Assembly: GCF_031769215.1 (NCBI RefSeq)
Contig: NW_026781958.1
Location: 744,001 to 808,000, forward strand
DNA: 64,000 nt
Reading direction: 5' to 3'
Source: Ylistrum balloti
Lineage: Eukaryota
The notes under the pieces were generated by a model. The model was not told where the DNA came from and did not search any database. It worked only from the letters and a program-made list of their open reading frames with translations. A program made the position numbers and the translations under genes. Below, in pieces: positions 53,541 through 64,000 of this stretch. The first letter of the stretch is position 1. Every line of letters begins with the position of its first letter.

Positions 53541-53898
53541 CATCTTCAATATTCCAGGGGTTATGCTCACTATCGCTCTCTGCACCTCTGGAACATGACA
53601 AAATTGAAGGCAGAAGCACAGTAATTTGATTTGTCTAGAGCGGGTTCCAGGAGGAAAAGTGACCAATCACAGGCTGATACGCTCCTTTGAAGTTTACAAA
53701 GGAGCAACACCCAACTTCAATTCCATTACAACATACATGTATTATTATGTGAACTCGATTTGTTTGATGAACATCAAAGGATGAAACTAGTCTTGACCAC
53801 AAAGTGTCCCGCATATGCATGGAACCTTCAAATTTGCCATGAGATGTGCAGGGGTGCAGAGAATGGTAGTGAAGGTAACCCCTGAAGTATCAAGGATG
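53541..53898 (+). mobile_element. MITE (~358 bp, ~50-bp TIRs, 9-bp flanking direct repeat; Mutator-like?), copy A
   Basis: The left end catcttcaatattccaggggttatgctcactatcgctctctgcacc pairs with the reverse complement of the right end; atttcactg flanks both sides (53532-53540 and 53899-53907). Confidence 0.85.
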
Positions 53899-55506
53899 AT
53901 TTCACTGCATTTGATCAAAAATCAATTTTTCAAACTTAAATTATCATAATAATGTTTAATGAATATATTAGAATGTGATAACTGATACAATAGAATTGTG
54001 AAGTATTTTTCCTAGGATGACACAGATCCTTTTCAGTCTTGGTTTTGAAGAAATTTTATAGTAGTGTATGATGTAAATGGAACCAGGTAAAATTTTCAAG
54101 AATACATATTCTTTATTTTTACCTGCTTTAAACCAGGATGTACCATCACTTTTATTATGTGTTATTTTATCAGTCAAACTTGATTCTGTTCTGGTAAAAA
54201 CGAACGGGAATTTATAGGTAATAAATTACCGTATATATTTTAAGGTCAATCTCATTTTAGCCCTTTTCACACAGAAATCATTGTGCTAAAATATGATAAC
54301 CCTAATTGTTGCTTGAATAGCAATTATTGTGTGAATTCATCAGAGTACTTATTTGTAAAAACAAAGATAATGTGATAAATTTGATTGTGCCAATTAAATA
54401 CATTTACAATATTCTATAGATTTAAAGAAACACACAAAAATACAAAAACTTGATTTGTTATTCCACTTTTATATTCATGGTATATAAATCACATATAATT
54501 ATACAATAACAAGTAATATCAACTACATAATTCTTTTTATATATATCACATCTGCAGCTACTAGGTTATCGCCCTTGCATCAGAACTAGGTTATCTCCCT
54601 TACACCAGTTAATTTACTTATGTTCTAACTAGTTAATCCAAGATCATATTTTTTCTGTATTGCTATATCTAACACAAGAAGTAAATAAATATCTTTGAAT
54701 TTGTTGGTTAAATGTTGAGTTAAGGTGGTTATTAGCCTTGTAGTGGTGATATCACCTAATCATTTTAGTGTTATCACTTAAATAGTGGAATAAAAGTAAA
54801 ATGTCACCGATGATTGATAGCTTAATTTGTTTATCATCACATGTATGGTGATGTCGCCATAGAAATGATACTGAGTGAGAATTTATACCTAAGATGGTGT
54901 ATCTTATTATCAGTCTAATAAGATGCCGTTTCACGAGTATTTGCATGGGTAATTATTTATAACCAATGTTGAACTATGAAAAATATCATGATGACAGTAG
55001 ATGTTATGCAATCAAGATGTTTTTATCCAAAACAAAATACATATGTACCCGGTAGGTCTTATTGTGATACACCTGAATGAGTTAGTAAAGGGTACAGCAA
55101 TTCAAACATACATCCTTTACAAATTTTCTTGTGACATGCATCTCCAGTGAAAGAGTTCCACATCAAGCACTGCAAGATATTTACTGTTATCTTATACAGC
55201 ACTTGATTTTAATTCTGGTTCATGTGCCATGTTTGCTGTTCTATATAATCTACTGGGTCATGAAACATATTATTTCACAGGTTGCCTTTGTAATAACATT
55301 ATTAAGTGTGGAACTCTTTGCGAAAAACTTTAATGTAAGATAACATACACCCTTAACTGACTATTCTTAAAGGTTTGGAACATGTATTGTATATCATACG
55401 TAAATAAACAAAATCCCAACTTGAGTATATATTGATATTTCATGAACATTACAGCACAAACAAAACTTGGTGCACTCTACATTTACCATTGTACTTCAGG
55501 TAAAGA

Positions 55507-58473
55507 CTAATGGATGGTATATCCAAGTTTTGTTGATGGAAGCATTCTTGGAAGTTCTTTCACTTTTCTAAGTTCTTCACGACCACTCAGGGAAGAAAAA
55601 TCGTCAGAAAAGTTATCACTTTCCAGAGATGGATTAAAGTCTCCATCTGAGGGCACGTAGGAACTGATCGATTCTGTGTGTAAAGATTCACGTTTCAGCT
55701 CAGTGCGTTTCTCCCTTGGATTCACCTTCCTCGGTTTTGGTGTCGGAAATCGAGAGCTAGTTTGTGACCTTGGAGTGCCTGTTGGGGAAGGCCTAGCCAT
55801 AGAAGTGTCCAGCTTTACCTGAGAACGGCGCAGAGCTGGGATTGGTGATTGGAGTGAAGCTTTTGGGTTGATTACCTGGAATCTTGCAGAATTCATACTG
55901 GCTGTAACTGGCACTGGAGATCTGGCGGATTTTTCAGAGCTCATCACATCCGATAACTCTGATCTTTCTCCAGAACTCATGAGTCGCTGGAGTTCTGGTT
56001 CCTCTGTGGACTGAAACTGACGAGTACTATAATCCTCGGTGGACTGAAATGTTCGTGATTTATCTGGCATGTCTGCTTTATCACGCCGAGGGGAGAGGTC
56101 AGACTCAAATGAATCGTCATTATATACATTACTTGGATCTTCAGGGGATTTACGACTCAGCCATTTTTTCTTCGCTTTTGGTGGAGATGGTTTAGAATTA
56201 CGGGTGGATTCCAAGGGTTGATCAAAATCATCATCTTTCAATTCAAATGAATGGTCAAATTTATTATCCATGGCGTCAGCTCCGATAGAATCTGGTAAAC
56301 TTTCATTATCATCATGAAATCCAGGAAATCTTCCGTTTCTAGTCGGTGCATTCTGTTCAAAGTCACTGAAATTTTCATCGTCACTATCCTCATACATCTG
56401 GGCGCTTGGAATACGAACTTGGATACTCCTCTGACTTGGAAGACTAGGAGAATCCCGGTCAGAAAGGTTCTCCTCAGCACTTTTCTGTCCAATACTTTTT
56501 GACTCCTGTAAGTCTCCTGAGGATTTTCCTGATGTTTGTTTTGTACTCCTAGGTGACTTGCTGCGCTTTCTTGACTGTTTTTGTTTTCGTCTTGGTGGAG
56601 AAATTCTCCTTCTATTGGACTTTGATGTTGAGTTCATTGTCCCATATAACAATGAATCTTCGGCCAGGGTATCTTGAAGATTCTTCTCTGCCAAACGCCT
56701 CACCTCTGTAAGTGTATCAGATAAATTCCCAGTGTCAAATTCCTGATCCTCTTTGATACTCTTCTTTAATTTTTGCTTTTGTGCCTTGAAATCTGTTTCT
56801 TCTTTATCTACACTTTTTGCCCAATCAGGATTGACTTTTGCTAGCCTCAACCTCTGTGTGTTTGTCAAACCATATGTTAACTTTGATTTCTTCACACCCA
56901 ATTGTGGAGCTTGTCTGATCCAACTTTTCTGACCTGGAATAGCATCATGAGGGTGTGCACATGTTTTATGACTTTTCCGTCCCCTCTGCTTTCCATAAGG
57001 ACCCGCCTGTTCAATACTTTGATTTTCTTTTTCTATTTGTTGTGGAGCTATCTGCTTTTGTTGCTGTGTACTTCGACCTGACTGTGGCACATGTTGTTGC
57101 TGTTGATGGGTTCTTGACACAGACTTGACTTGCTGCACAGTCTGTTGGATAAGCTGTGGATTCTGAATATTTGATATTTCTTGCATCAAAGCTGTTAACA
57201 ATGGAAATAAGGCCTGGTCTCCCATTCCAGTTTCCTTAATTTGTGGAGGTGATTGTTGATGATTCATGAAAGTAACTTTAGCAGCTTGAGATTGCTGATT
57301 TCGTAAATAATCCTGTCGTTTACGTTTTGCTTCTTCTTCTTTTTTCATCCTTTCTAACTTATGCTTTGCTGCCATTGATTCAGCCTCATCTTCTGATAGA
57401 AATTCATCACTGGGTTCATCGTCATTATAAGCGTACACTCGTTCAGTTTTTTTGGCAGGCTCAATTTCACTGTTATAAAACAGAGGAGGGGGTTGGGCAA
57501 TATTTGTGACGATGACATCATCTTCATCATCATCTGCATTCTTAATGCCAAGCCCATTCAATTCTGAAACTGGCTTTGGTTTAGATCTTTTGAAAGTTTG
57601 AGTAGCTATTGTATGCAGATCTTTGACTATAATTCCTTTGCCTTCAATTGGTTTGGGTTTTACCTCTGGTTCCGAAATGGCCACATGGATTTCTTTGTCA
57701 CACATGTTTACAGTCTGCAGTACAACATCATGCTTTTCTGGATCTGTCATTGATCCCATTTCCTGTGTTGTCATCAGAGGATCCTCATCCCTTCTAGAAT
57801 AACCACCAACATCCCTTTTTGAAGGGCTACCTACATCCCTCTGTTGAGGAATATTTTGTCTGTACACCTGGTCAACTTCTGTTGACATCCGCTTCGCAAT
57901 TGCAGATTCTGGTATGTGTGGAATAAGTCCTGGGCCCAAACACAACAGACGATATCCTAGAATGATATAGCCTATTTCTTTTCCCATCAAACTGTAGATT
58001 TTGTACAATCCTTTGTCACCATGTACGGATGGAACTGTAGGTCCAAGTGTTTTAATATCATTGAGGATCAAGTCCATAACTTCATCCAAGGGGACTGTAC
58101 AATTTCCAAGCAATTTTGACACTTTAGGGAAGTTGTCAATGACCATTACATACAGAGGCGTGTTGCTCAGGTGCGTCTTCAGACTTGACACAGCTATTTT
58201 GAACAAGCATGATTTACCTTTTTTCATCATGAAATTGCCATGTTTGTCTTTCAATTCACTAAATTGTTCAGGTACATTGTAGTAGGGATCAGTGGATATT
58301 TTGCGTCTTATCTGATCTCCAAGTTCTTTCTCAACATGATCTACGAGAATCGTTGGAAAGTCCAAGAGCCTGAATGCAACAGCTGGGAATCTGCAGGCCA
58401 CATGAGGGATGTAAAGTTTTTCAACCACTAATTCCAGAGAAAACAGCGATTCTTTGTCCGTTACCTTTGCCAT
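55507..58473 (-). CDS. MAP10: Microtubule-associated protein 10 (KIAA1383/MTR120)-like, single coding exon, 988 aa
   Basis: 999-codon open frame in the ORF track; first in-frame ATG at 58473 (MAKVTDKESLFSLELVVEKLY). N-terminal motifs LFSLEL, PAVAFRLLDFPT and KGKSCLF match MAP10 as recalled, followed by a long Ser/Lys/Arg/Asp-rich low-complexity region. Confidence 0.88.
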   Translation of the reverse strand: MAKVTDKESLFSLELVVEKLYIPHVACRFPAVAFRLLDFPTILVDHVEKELGDQIRRKISTDPYYNVPEQFSELKDKHGNFMMKKGKSCLFKIAVSSLKTHLSNTPLYVMVIDNFPKVSKLLGNCTVPLDEVMDLILNDIKTLGPTVPSVHGDKGLYKIYSLMGKEIGYIILGYRLLCLGPGLIPHIPESAIAKRMSTEVDQVYRQNIPQQRDVGSPSKRDVGGYSRRDEDPLMTTQEMGSMTDPEKHDVVLQTVNMCDKEIHVAISEPEVKPKPIEGKGIIVKDLHTIATQTFKRSKPKPVSELNGLGIKNADDDEDDVIVTNIAQPPPLFYNSEIEPAKKTERVYAYNDDEPSDEFLSEDEAESMAAKHKLERMKKEEEAKRKRQDYLRNQQSQAAKVTFMNHQQSPPQIKETGMGDQALFPLLTALMQEISNIQNPQLIQQTVQQVKSVSRTHQQQQHVPQSGRSTQQQKQIAPQQIEKENQSIEQAGPYGKQRGRKSHKTCAHPHDAIPGQKSWIRQAPQLGVKKSKLTYGLTNTQRLRLAKVNPDWAKSVDKEETDFKAQKQKLKKSIKEDQEFDTGNLSDTLTEVRRLAEKNLQDTLAEDSLLYGTMNSTSKSNRRRISPPRRKQKQSRKRSKSPRSTKQTSGKSSGDLQESKSIGQKSAEENLSDRDSPSLPSQRSIQVRIPSAQMYEDSDDENFSDFEQNAPTRNGRFPGFHDDNESLPDSIGADAMDNKFDHSFELKDDDFDQPLESTRNSKPSPPKAKKKWLSRKSPEDPSNVYNDDSFESDLSPRRDKADMPDKSRTFQSTEDYSTRQFQSTEEPELQRLMSSGERSELSDVMSSEKSARSPVPVTASMNSARFQVINPKASLQSPIPALRRSQVKLDTSMARPSPTGTPRSQTSSRFPTPKPRKVNPREKRTELKRESLHTESISSYVPSDGDFNPSLESDNFSDDFSSLSGREELRKVKELPRMLPSTKLGYTIH

Positions 58474-58499
58474 GATTTGAAAATGTTGTTCAATACCTG

Positions 58500-58800
58500 G
58501 ACACACACCGAAAAATGGCGTTATTGACTAAACTCCTTTGCAAAATATAGTAAAACTACATAAGAATTATTCATATGGTGTTAGCATACTTTGCCGGTCG
58601 GCTGTAACGTTTTCCCTGCGAAACATTTTACATGACACAACCTGTATGGTTGTCAAACGTCAAATACACAACAAGTCGAGGTAAACTGAACGCTCTGCTG
58701 ACGTCGCCTAAAACCTTTCTGTATACAAACATTTAAGAGAGTACGAATCCAGAGCGCGCCATTTTGAAATTTAATAGATTGAAAATGCGAAGAAAATATG
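58500..58800. promoter_or_regulatory. Putative MAP10/FANCM bidirectional promoter
   Basis: CpG-richer interval between divergent genes. YY1 consensus AAAATGGCG at 58512-58520 (+) and CGCCATTTT at ~58757 (-); TGACG half-CRE at ~58699. Confidence 0.5.
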
Positions 58801-59776
58801 TAAACAAAGCGTTTCGCTGTATACAGATGTATTTTGGTGAACTGAAACAGGGTATATATTATGGTAGTGTAAGTAACATCGATAAATATTGCTATCAATA
58901 TCGTTCAAAGCAACTAATTATTATAAAAAAAAACATATCTTGGACTGTTGTAGCCGATGGTCCTTTAATTTACTTTCATTGGACTGGCTCAAGGCCACGA
59001 AGTTGAACAAGATTGATAGCTTTGCGAAAGTTTCCACATTTAACAACTACATTATCAACCTCCTTATATATGACCTCTATATAACTATTCGCCAAAAATA
59101 CTTCTTTTTGCACAGTTTTTTTTTATTTGAAGAAACGAGCTTTCCAGCATAACAAACATGAAACTTTAGCCTGAACCGACTTTCAACGGGGTCAGTTTAT
59201 CATGCCCTAATGACCAGAATGGAGTTATATGAGATATGAACCTTTGTGTGCATTGATATGAAATAATTTAAAATAAAGAAAATATAGATATAATTGTATA
59301 GCCTGCTGTACTGTATAGTATAGTGTCCTGCTCAATTCCGATAGAAAACGTATACACCCATATCAGATTGAAAGAAAACCAAAAAATGTATAAGTGATAC
59401 CTCTGAAAGATCTGTCAGATAGTCATGTATTTCAATACTAGGTTACAGAAGGCTTGAAGTAAAAAAAAACAATGTAGGTAAAAATGTTCAAATGTTGATG
59501 ATCAGTTGTATTGATAGCTGATAAAGTATCCTGTAGTGTTGACAGGAAGTTTGCTATATAGACCTGGTCAAGGAAAAACAGCAGACCTGTGCTAAAAGCA
59601 AAACATATTACAAGTTCCTAGAACAAGCTTTCTAGTAACATTATATTGTACTCAAAGCAGTCATGTAACAAGGCATTATATCAACTAAATTAATGGTGAC
59701 AGGTTACAAACTGTATGTATGTAAAATGTTTCAGATGTGAGGAGTGCTAAAGTATCAACATGAAAATAGAAAAAAG

Positions 59777-62700
59777 ATGAATAAAGGAAAACAGGCGACC
59801 CTCTTCCAGAGTTGGGGGCCGGCCAAAAAATCTCAAGCTGTTAACTCTAAAATTACTGACAGGGGTGATGTTGGTAAAAGACCAGGCCCACCATCTACTG
59901 ATCATGCAGGCATCATAGATCTGTGCGATGGATTTGAAGATGATGAGGATGAAGACCTTTTGGCACAGGTTTGATTTTAGTCTCATTCATCAAGGGGGAC
60001 TCTGATGAACTCTATGTATTCCGTAATTTTTATTTCTGAGTTTAATTTTGCTTAATTACAGATAAGTCCTTATAGATATAAGAGCTCTGAGTACAGATTA
60101 AGAAAATGTCCTGCTGCAGAACAATTTTCTGCTACATAATTATGATTATTTTGAAGAGATATTTTGTATTATGAAATCTGTATAAGAAGTGTATGTTAAA
60201 TGTACAGATAATTACAGGCAAACAAGTTTATCCAAAAAATGCAAGAAAGAAAAATTTTTATGCAAGGGGTTTGTTTCTTATGCAACATTTAGAAAATTAT
60301 CCCAGCCTAACCCATCTTTAATAACCATTGTAGTCTTTATTTTTCATTATTATCACAGTTGAATCATAAATCCTGCTTGTTACCACATACAGTGTAGTTG
60401 TATTCTTTTATCAGGTTGTGGACATGCCAGGATACAGTGAGCCAACAGCCGGTACGTCTTCAGTGGCACCACCAGGAGATGTCTGTAACATTTCGTTGGG
60501 AGCAGAATCCTTTCCTTGTAATATGTCTTTGACCCAGACAGTGGCTCCTGAGGGATTTGACAAGTTTGCAGGAAAGAGTTGGATCTACCCCACCAACTAT
60601 CCAGTCAGGGATTATCAATTTAACATCAGTCAACAGGCTCTGTACAAAAATACTATGGTGACCCTTCCCACTGGCCTTGGCAAGACCTTCATAGCAGCAG
60701 TAGTCATGTACAACTTCTACAGGTATGTGTGATTGTGGCATCCTCGATACTCACCGGATTACAATCACTTTCGCTCTCTGCACCCCTAGAACATGTCATG
60801 GCAAAATTGAAGGTTCCATGTACTACACCTTGTATACAAGACGAAAAGACTAGTTAGATCCATTGATGAATATCAGGCAAATTTCAAGGTCGCACAACAG
60901 TGTATTGTAATGGCTGTGACATTTGTTGTCGCTTCTTTGTAATCTTTGAAAGTAGCGTATCAGCCTGTGATTAGTCTTTTTTTTTCTCCTGGAACCAATT
61001 TAATTACTTTGTTTGTGCCTTCAATTCCCATCTTACAACATGTTCCAGGGGTGCAGAGAGCGAAAGTGGTCATAACCCGTGGGGTATTGAGGATGGTGGT
61101 CATAGCTGATCAAAAAATAATTATCGAATTTGATTGAAAACTGAAGTTCTTCATTCTTGACTATACCAGTGAATGTGTTTGTGGTTACAATATTAAAAAC
61201 ACACTTTTATCAAAGATTGCTTTTGCCTTTTAATATCTTATCTGATTTAGTGTACTTGTTAAAATCAGGTTTAGTTTCAAGGGAAAGCACACTTGAACTA
61301 TGTATTTTGTCAATATTGAGGTAATTTCGTCAAGGTATTTTCAGTCACTTAACTTCAGAAGCTGGATTGTCAAGTTGGTACATTACAAGATTTTAGAATT
61401 GGTTTTAAGTACACCAACCTTTTCATTTGATCAGATCATTGGTTGTCCCATACTATAATAGAGACTTAGAATAAGATTTTACTTACTTCATTGGACAGGT
61501 GGTACCCTCAGGGTAAAGTAGTGTTCATGGCTCCTACTAAACCTTTGGTAGCTCAGCAGATAGAAGCCTGTTACAATATAATGGGTATCCCCCAACTGGA
61601 CACTGCTGAAATGACAGGTAAGATATAAGTACCAACACAGATGTATTAAGTGTTGATAAAATCTGAAATTTAGGGACTTTACAATTTGCTACTAGATTAC
61701 TTAATAGAAAGGTTTATAGTTTTGTTGTTATGAATCCTGTTGGGAAAATTATGACTTTTCTGTTGGTTAGAGCATTGATCTACTTAATCTCAGGGAAAGG
61801 TCTGAAGTAGGTAGTTTGATGCTCCCCAGCCATGGCTGTTTGTGTTTCATGGGAAGATGAGAAATGAACCAGTCTGCTGATACTACTGTTTCCTTGGACT
61901 CTTACCCTAAATGTTCTGGATGGCATGCGACAGACTTCCGGAATGTTGTTCAGTGAGGAAACCACTAGATATTACCAGGAGACCCCACAACAAAATAACC
62001 CCAGGCGTTCACCAGGTGATAAAGCCAGCACGCAAATAATTAAACATTTCTCACAAAAGAAATTGTAAAGTGAATAATTTCAATGCCTACAGGTAACATG
62101 GCTCCAACAGAGAGGAAACGTACTTGGCAGGAGAAGCGGGTGTTTTTCCTGACCCCACAGGTCCTCACCAATGATCTCAGTCGTGGGACTTGTCCCGCAG
62201 TCAGGGTGCGATGTCTTGTGGTGGATGAAGCACACAAGGCCCTGGGCAATCATGCCTACTGTCAGGTATAGGAGTGCTGCTCACGTCTCTCTGTGATCGA
62301 TATTGGAGGAATTGAGTAAATTATTTAATGATGTGAAATTTGAAAATTGCTATGCCTCTCTACATCAGTGATATTTTCGGTTTTGTTTTTTTGTTTTTGT
62401 TTATCGATTTGGCATTCATATACACTATATTTGCATGACTCATTCTGCAGACTTCATTAACATGTTACTTTTAGAATACATAATCATCTTGTTGCAGGTT
62501 GTACGAGAGTTGATAAAGTACACAGAGAGCTTCCGTATTTTGGCTTTAAGTGCTACACCAGGGAGTGATATTAAGGTAATGTTTCTGCTCTTTCTTCAAT
62601 GAAATCAGATCTGAACTGGTGGTCAAGTTTAGATATAAAAGTTGCTGATATTTGGTCCACTATTTTTATACAGTAAAATATTTTGTTAAATATTTGTGTA

Positions 62701-64000
62701 CAATATGACCAGTCCACATTCTGAGAATTAAAACCTGATGTAACATGTTCCCCTCATACATGGACACTCAGTATTTACACTTAAAAGTACAGGCATGTTA
62801 TACACTTAAAAGTGACAATTTTGTTCTTTGATATTAGGCTAATATTGCACCTCATTGTATTTTCTCCAAAATTCTTTTGATTAATTTGGGTTTTTTATCA
62901 GTAATTGCTGTGGTCATCAAACTGTCTCCTTTTCTGTTCACACTTTTATTTAAGGAGACTTTCTCAGAATGGAAAAGTCTAAAATTCTTGAAATTGATGT
63001 TATGGTTGAGTTTTATGTGGAAATACGTTTGCTGAAAGGCATCATAGTGGATGTAGATGCTGTTAAATAATTAAATCTCTTGTAAAAAGCAGAAACTCAA
63101 GAATGAAAATAATATTTTAACTCATCATGTTACTAATGACAGAGAATATCATTAACAGTGAATTGGATATTTCTGATAAATGAATGCATTTTCAGCAAAT
63201 ATGTACATGAGATTTATCTAACCTTCTGACTTCAGTTTTGATTTGTTGCAGGCAGTACAGCAGGTCTTGTCTAACCTCCTGATATCTCACATTGAATTAA
63301 GGACAGAAGAATCAATTGATATCAAGCAATTTTCACATGAGCGGAAAGTTGAAAAGATTGTAGTTCCCCTGGGTGATGAGCTCACCCAGGTGAAAAAGAC
63401 ATATATTCAGGTATTTAGGATTTGGAATTGGTTGAAATTTTATGAAAGATAGAAATAAAACTTCCAGGAAGGCAAAGAGTGCAATGATCCATTAAAATGA
63501 CTTAAAGTAGAGAAATATTCCCGTATAAGTCAGTAATAATGTTTGTGTACAGCTTGTTTCTCTTTCAACATGAAAATAATGTCCAAACTATTTCTCACAT
63601 ACCATATATGTTAATGTCTTGATGAATTTTTGAACCAGAAAATTTGCTGTAGATGTGCGAGCTACAAACTATTTCTGTTTTATATGGTTTTTGTTATAAA
63701 AAATACCTTTCTTTTCTGAATACATACACATACAGCTATCTATAGCTTTACATGTTTCTCATGAAAAAGCTTTTCCTTCTAATCATCATGGATCTGGTTT
63801 GAACAAGGTTGTCATCTATTTGGTATAAAAAAATTCCCAGCTGTTTTCTCAGGTCCATGCATAATTTTTTCTGGTATACTTGTAGATCCTGTATTATTTC
63901 CATTACACTGTGTTGAACATATCTGACCATTTGTCTTTTTCTGCAGGTCATGGATGTGGTTGTTGGTCGACTAAAGAGGCAGGGCGTCTTGTATAAAAGG
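59777..64000 (+). CDS. FANCM: Fanconi anemia group M DEAH helicase/translocase, N-terminal 7 coding exons (truncated by window end)
   Basis: Exons 59777-59968, 60415-60722, 61499-61617, 62093-62265, 62498-62575, 63252-63410, 63947-(64000). Start [14 protein letters not shown] resembles the FANCM N-terminal motif. Also [13 protein letters not shown], Walker [17 protein letters not shown], Walker B DEAH and motif III SATPG. An acceptor at 59731-59734 suggests an upstream non-coding exon. Confidence 0.97.
60739..61095 (-). mobile_element. MITE (~357 bp, ~58-bp TIRs), copy B, inverted relative to copy A, in FANCM intron 2
   Basis: TIR catcctc...tttcgctctctgcacccct.gaacatgt at both ends. Internal gcgtatcagcctgtgatt is the reverse complement of copy A aatcacaggctgatacgc. 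Confidence 0.88.

Noticed and set aside
56238-58431. Short ORFs overlapping MAP10 on both strands
   Set aside because: Shadow frames of a long coding exon with no independent support.
58474-58506. ORF-track start of MAP10 at 58506
   Set aside because: Non-ATG start; the first ATG at 58473 immediately precedes the conserved N-terminal motif.

Overview
AT-rich, intron-dense animal genomic DNA, probably a bivalve mollusc (inferred from protein divergence, repeat types and composition; the species cannot be determined here). I read five protein-coding genes by hand, all with GT-AG junctions and consistent exon phases: (1) PSME4/PA200, minus strand, 28 coding exons (596-15984, 1005 codons), continuing past the left edge; (2) acylphosphatase (ACYP), plus strand, 4 exons, 103 aa, head-to-head with PSME4; (3) TXNDC16/ERp90-like, minus strand, 20 exons, 899 aa, signal peptide and C-terminal HEEL; (4) intronless MAP10/KIAA1383-like, minus strand, 988 aa; (5) FANCM, plus strand, first 7 coding exons, running off the right edge, head-to-head with MAP10. 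Introns and intergenic DNA carry about 20 minisatellites, SINE relics, Helentron/HINE-like fragments and two copies of a ~358-bp MITE. The most unusual signal is that several satellites are built from real splice junctions: about 100 copies of the TXNDC16 exon-4 end plus its GTGAGT donor, about 20 copies of the exon-14 donor, and about 4 copies of the 3' half of PSME4 exon 21 with its donor. Gene identities come from remembered similarity to human proteins, not database searches. Repeat boundaries and copy numbers are approximate.
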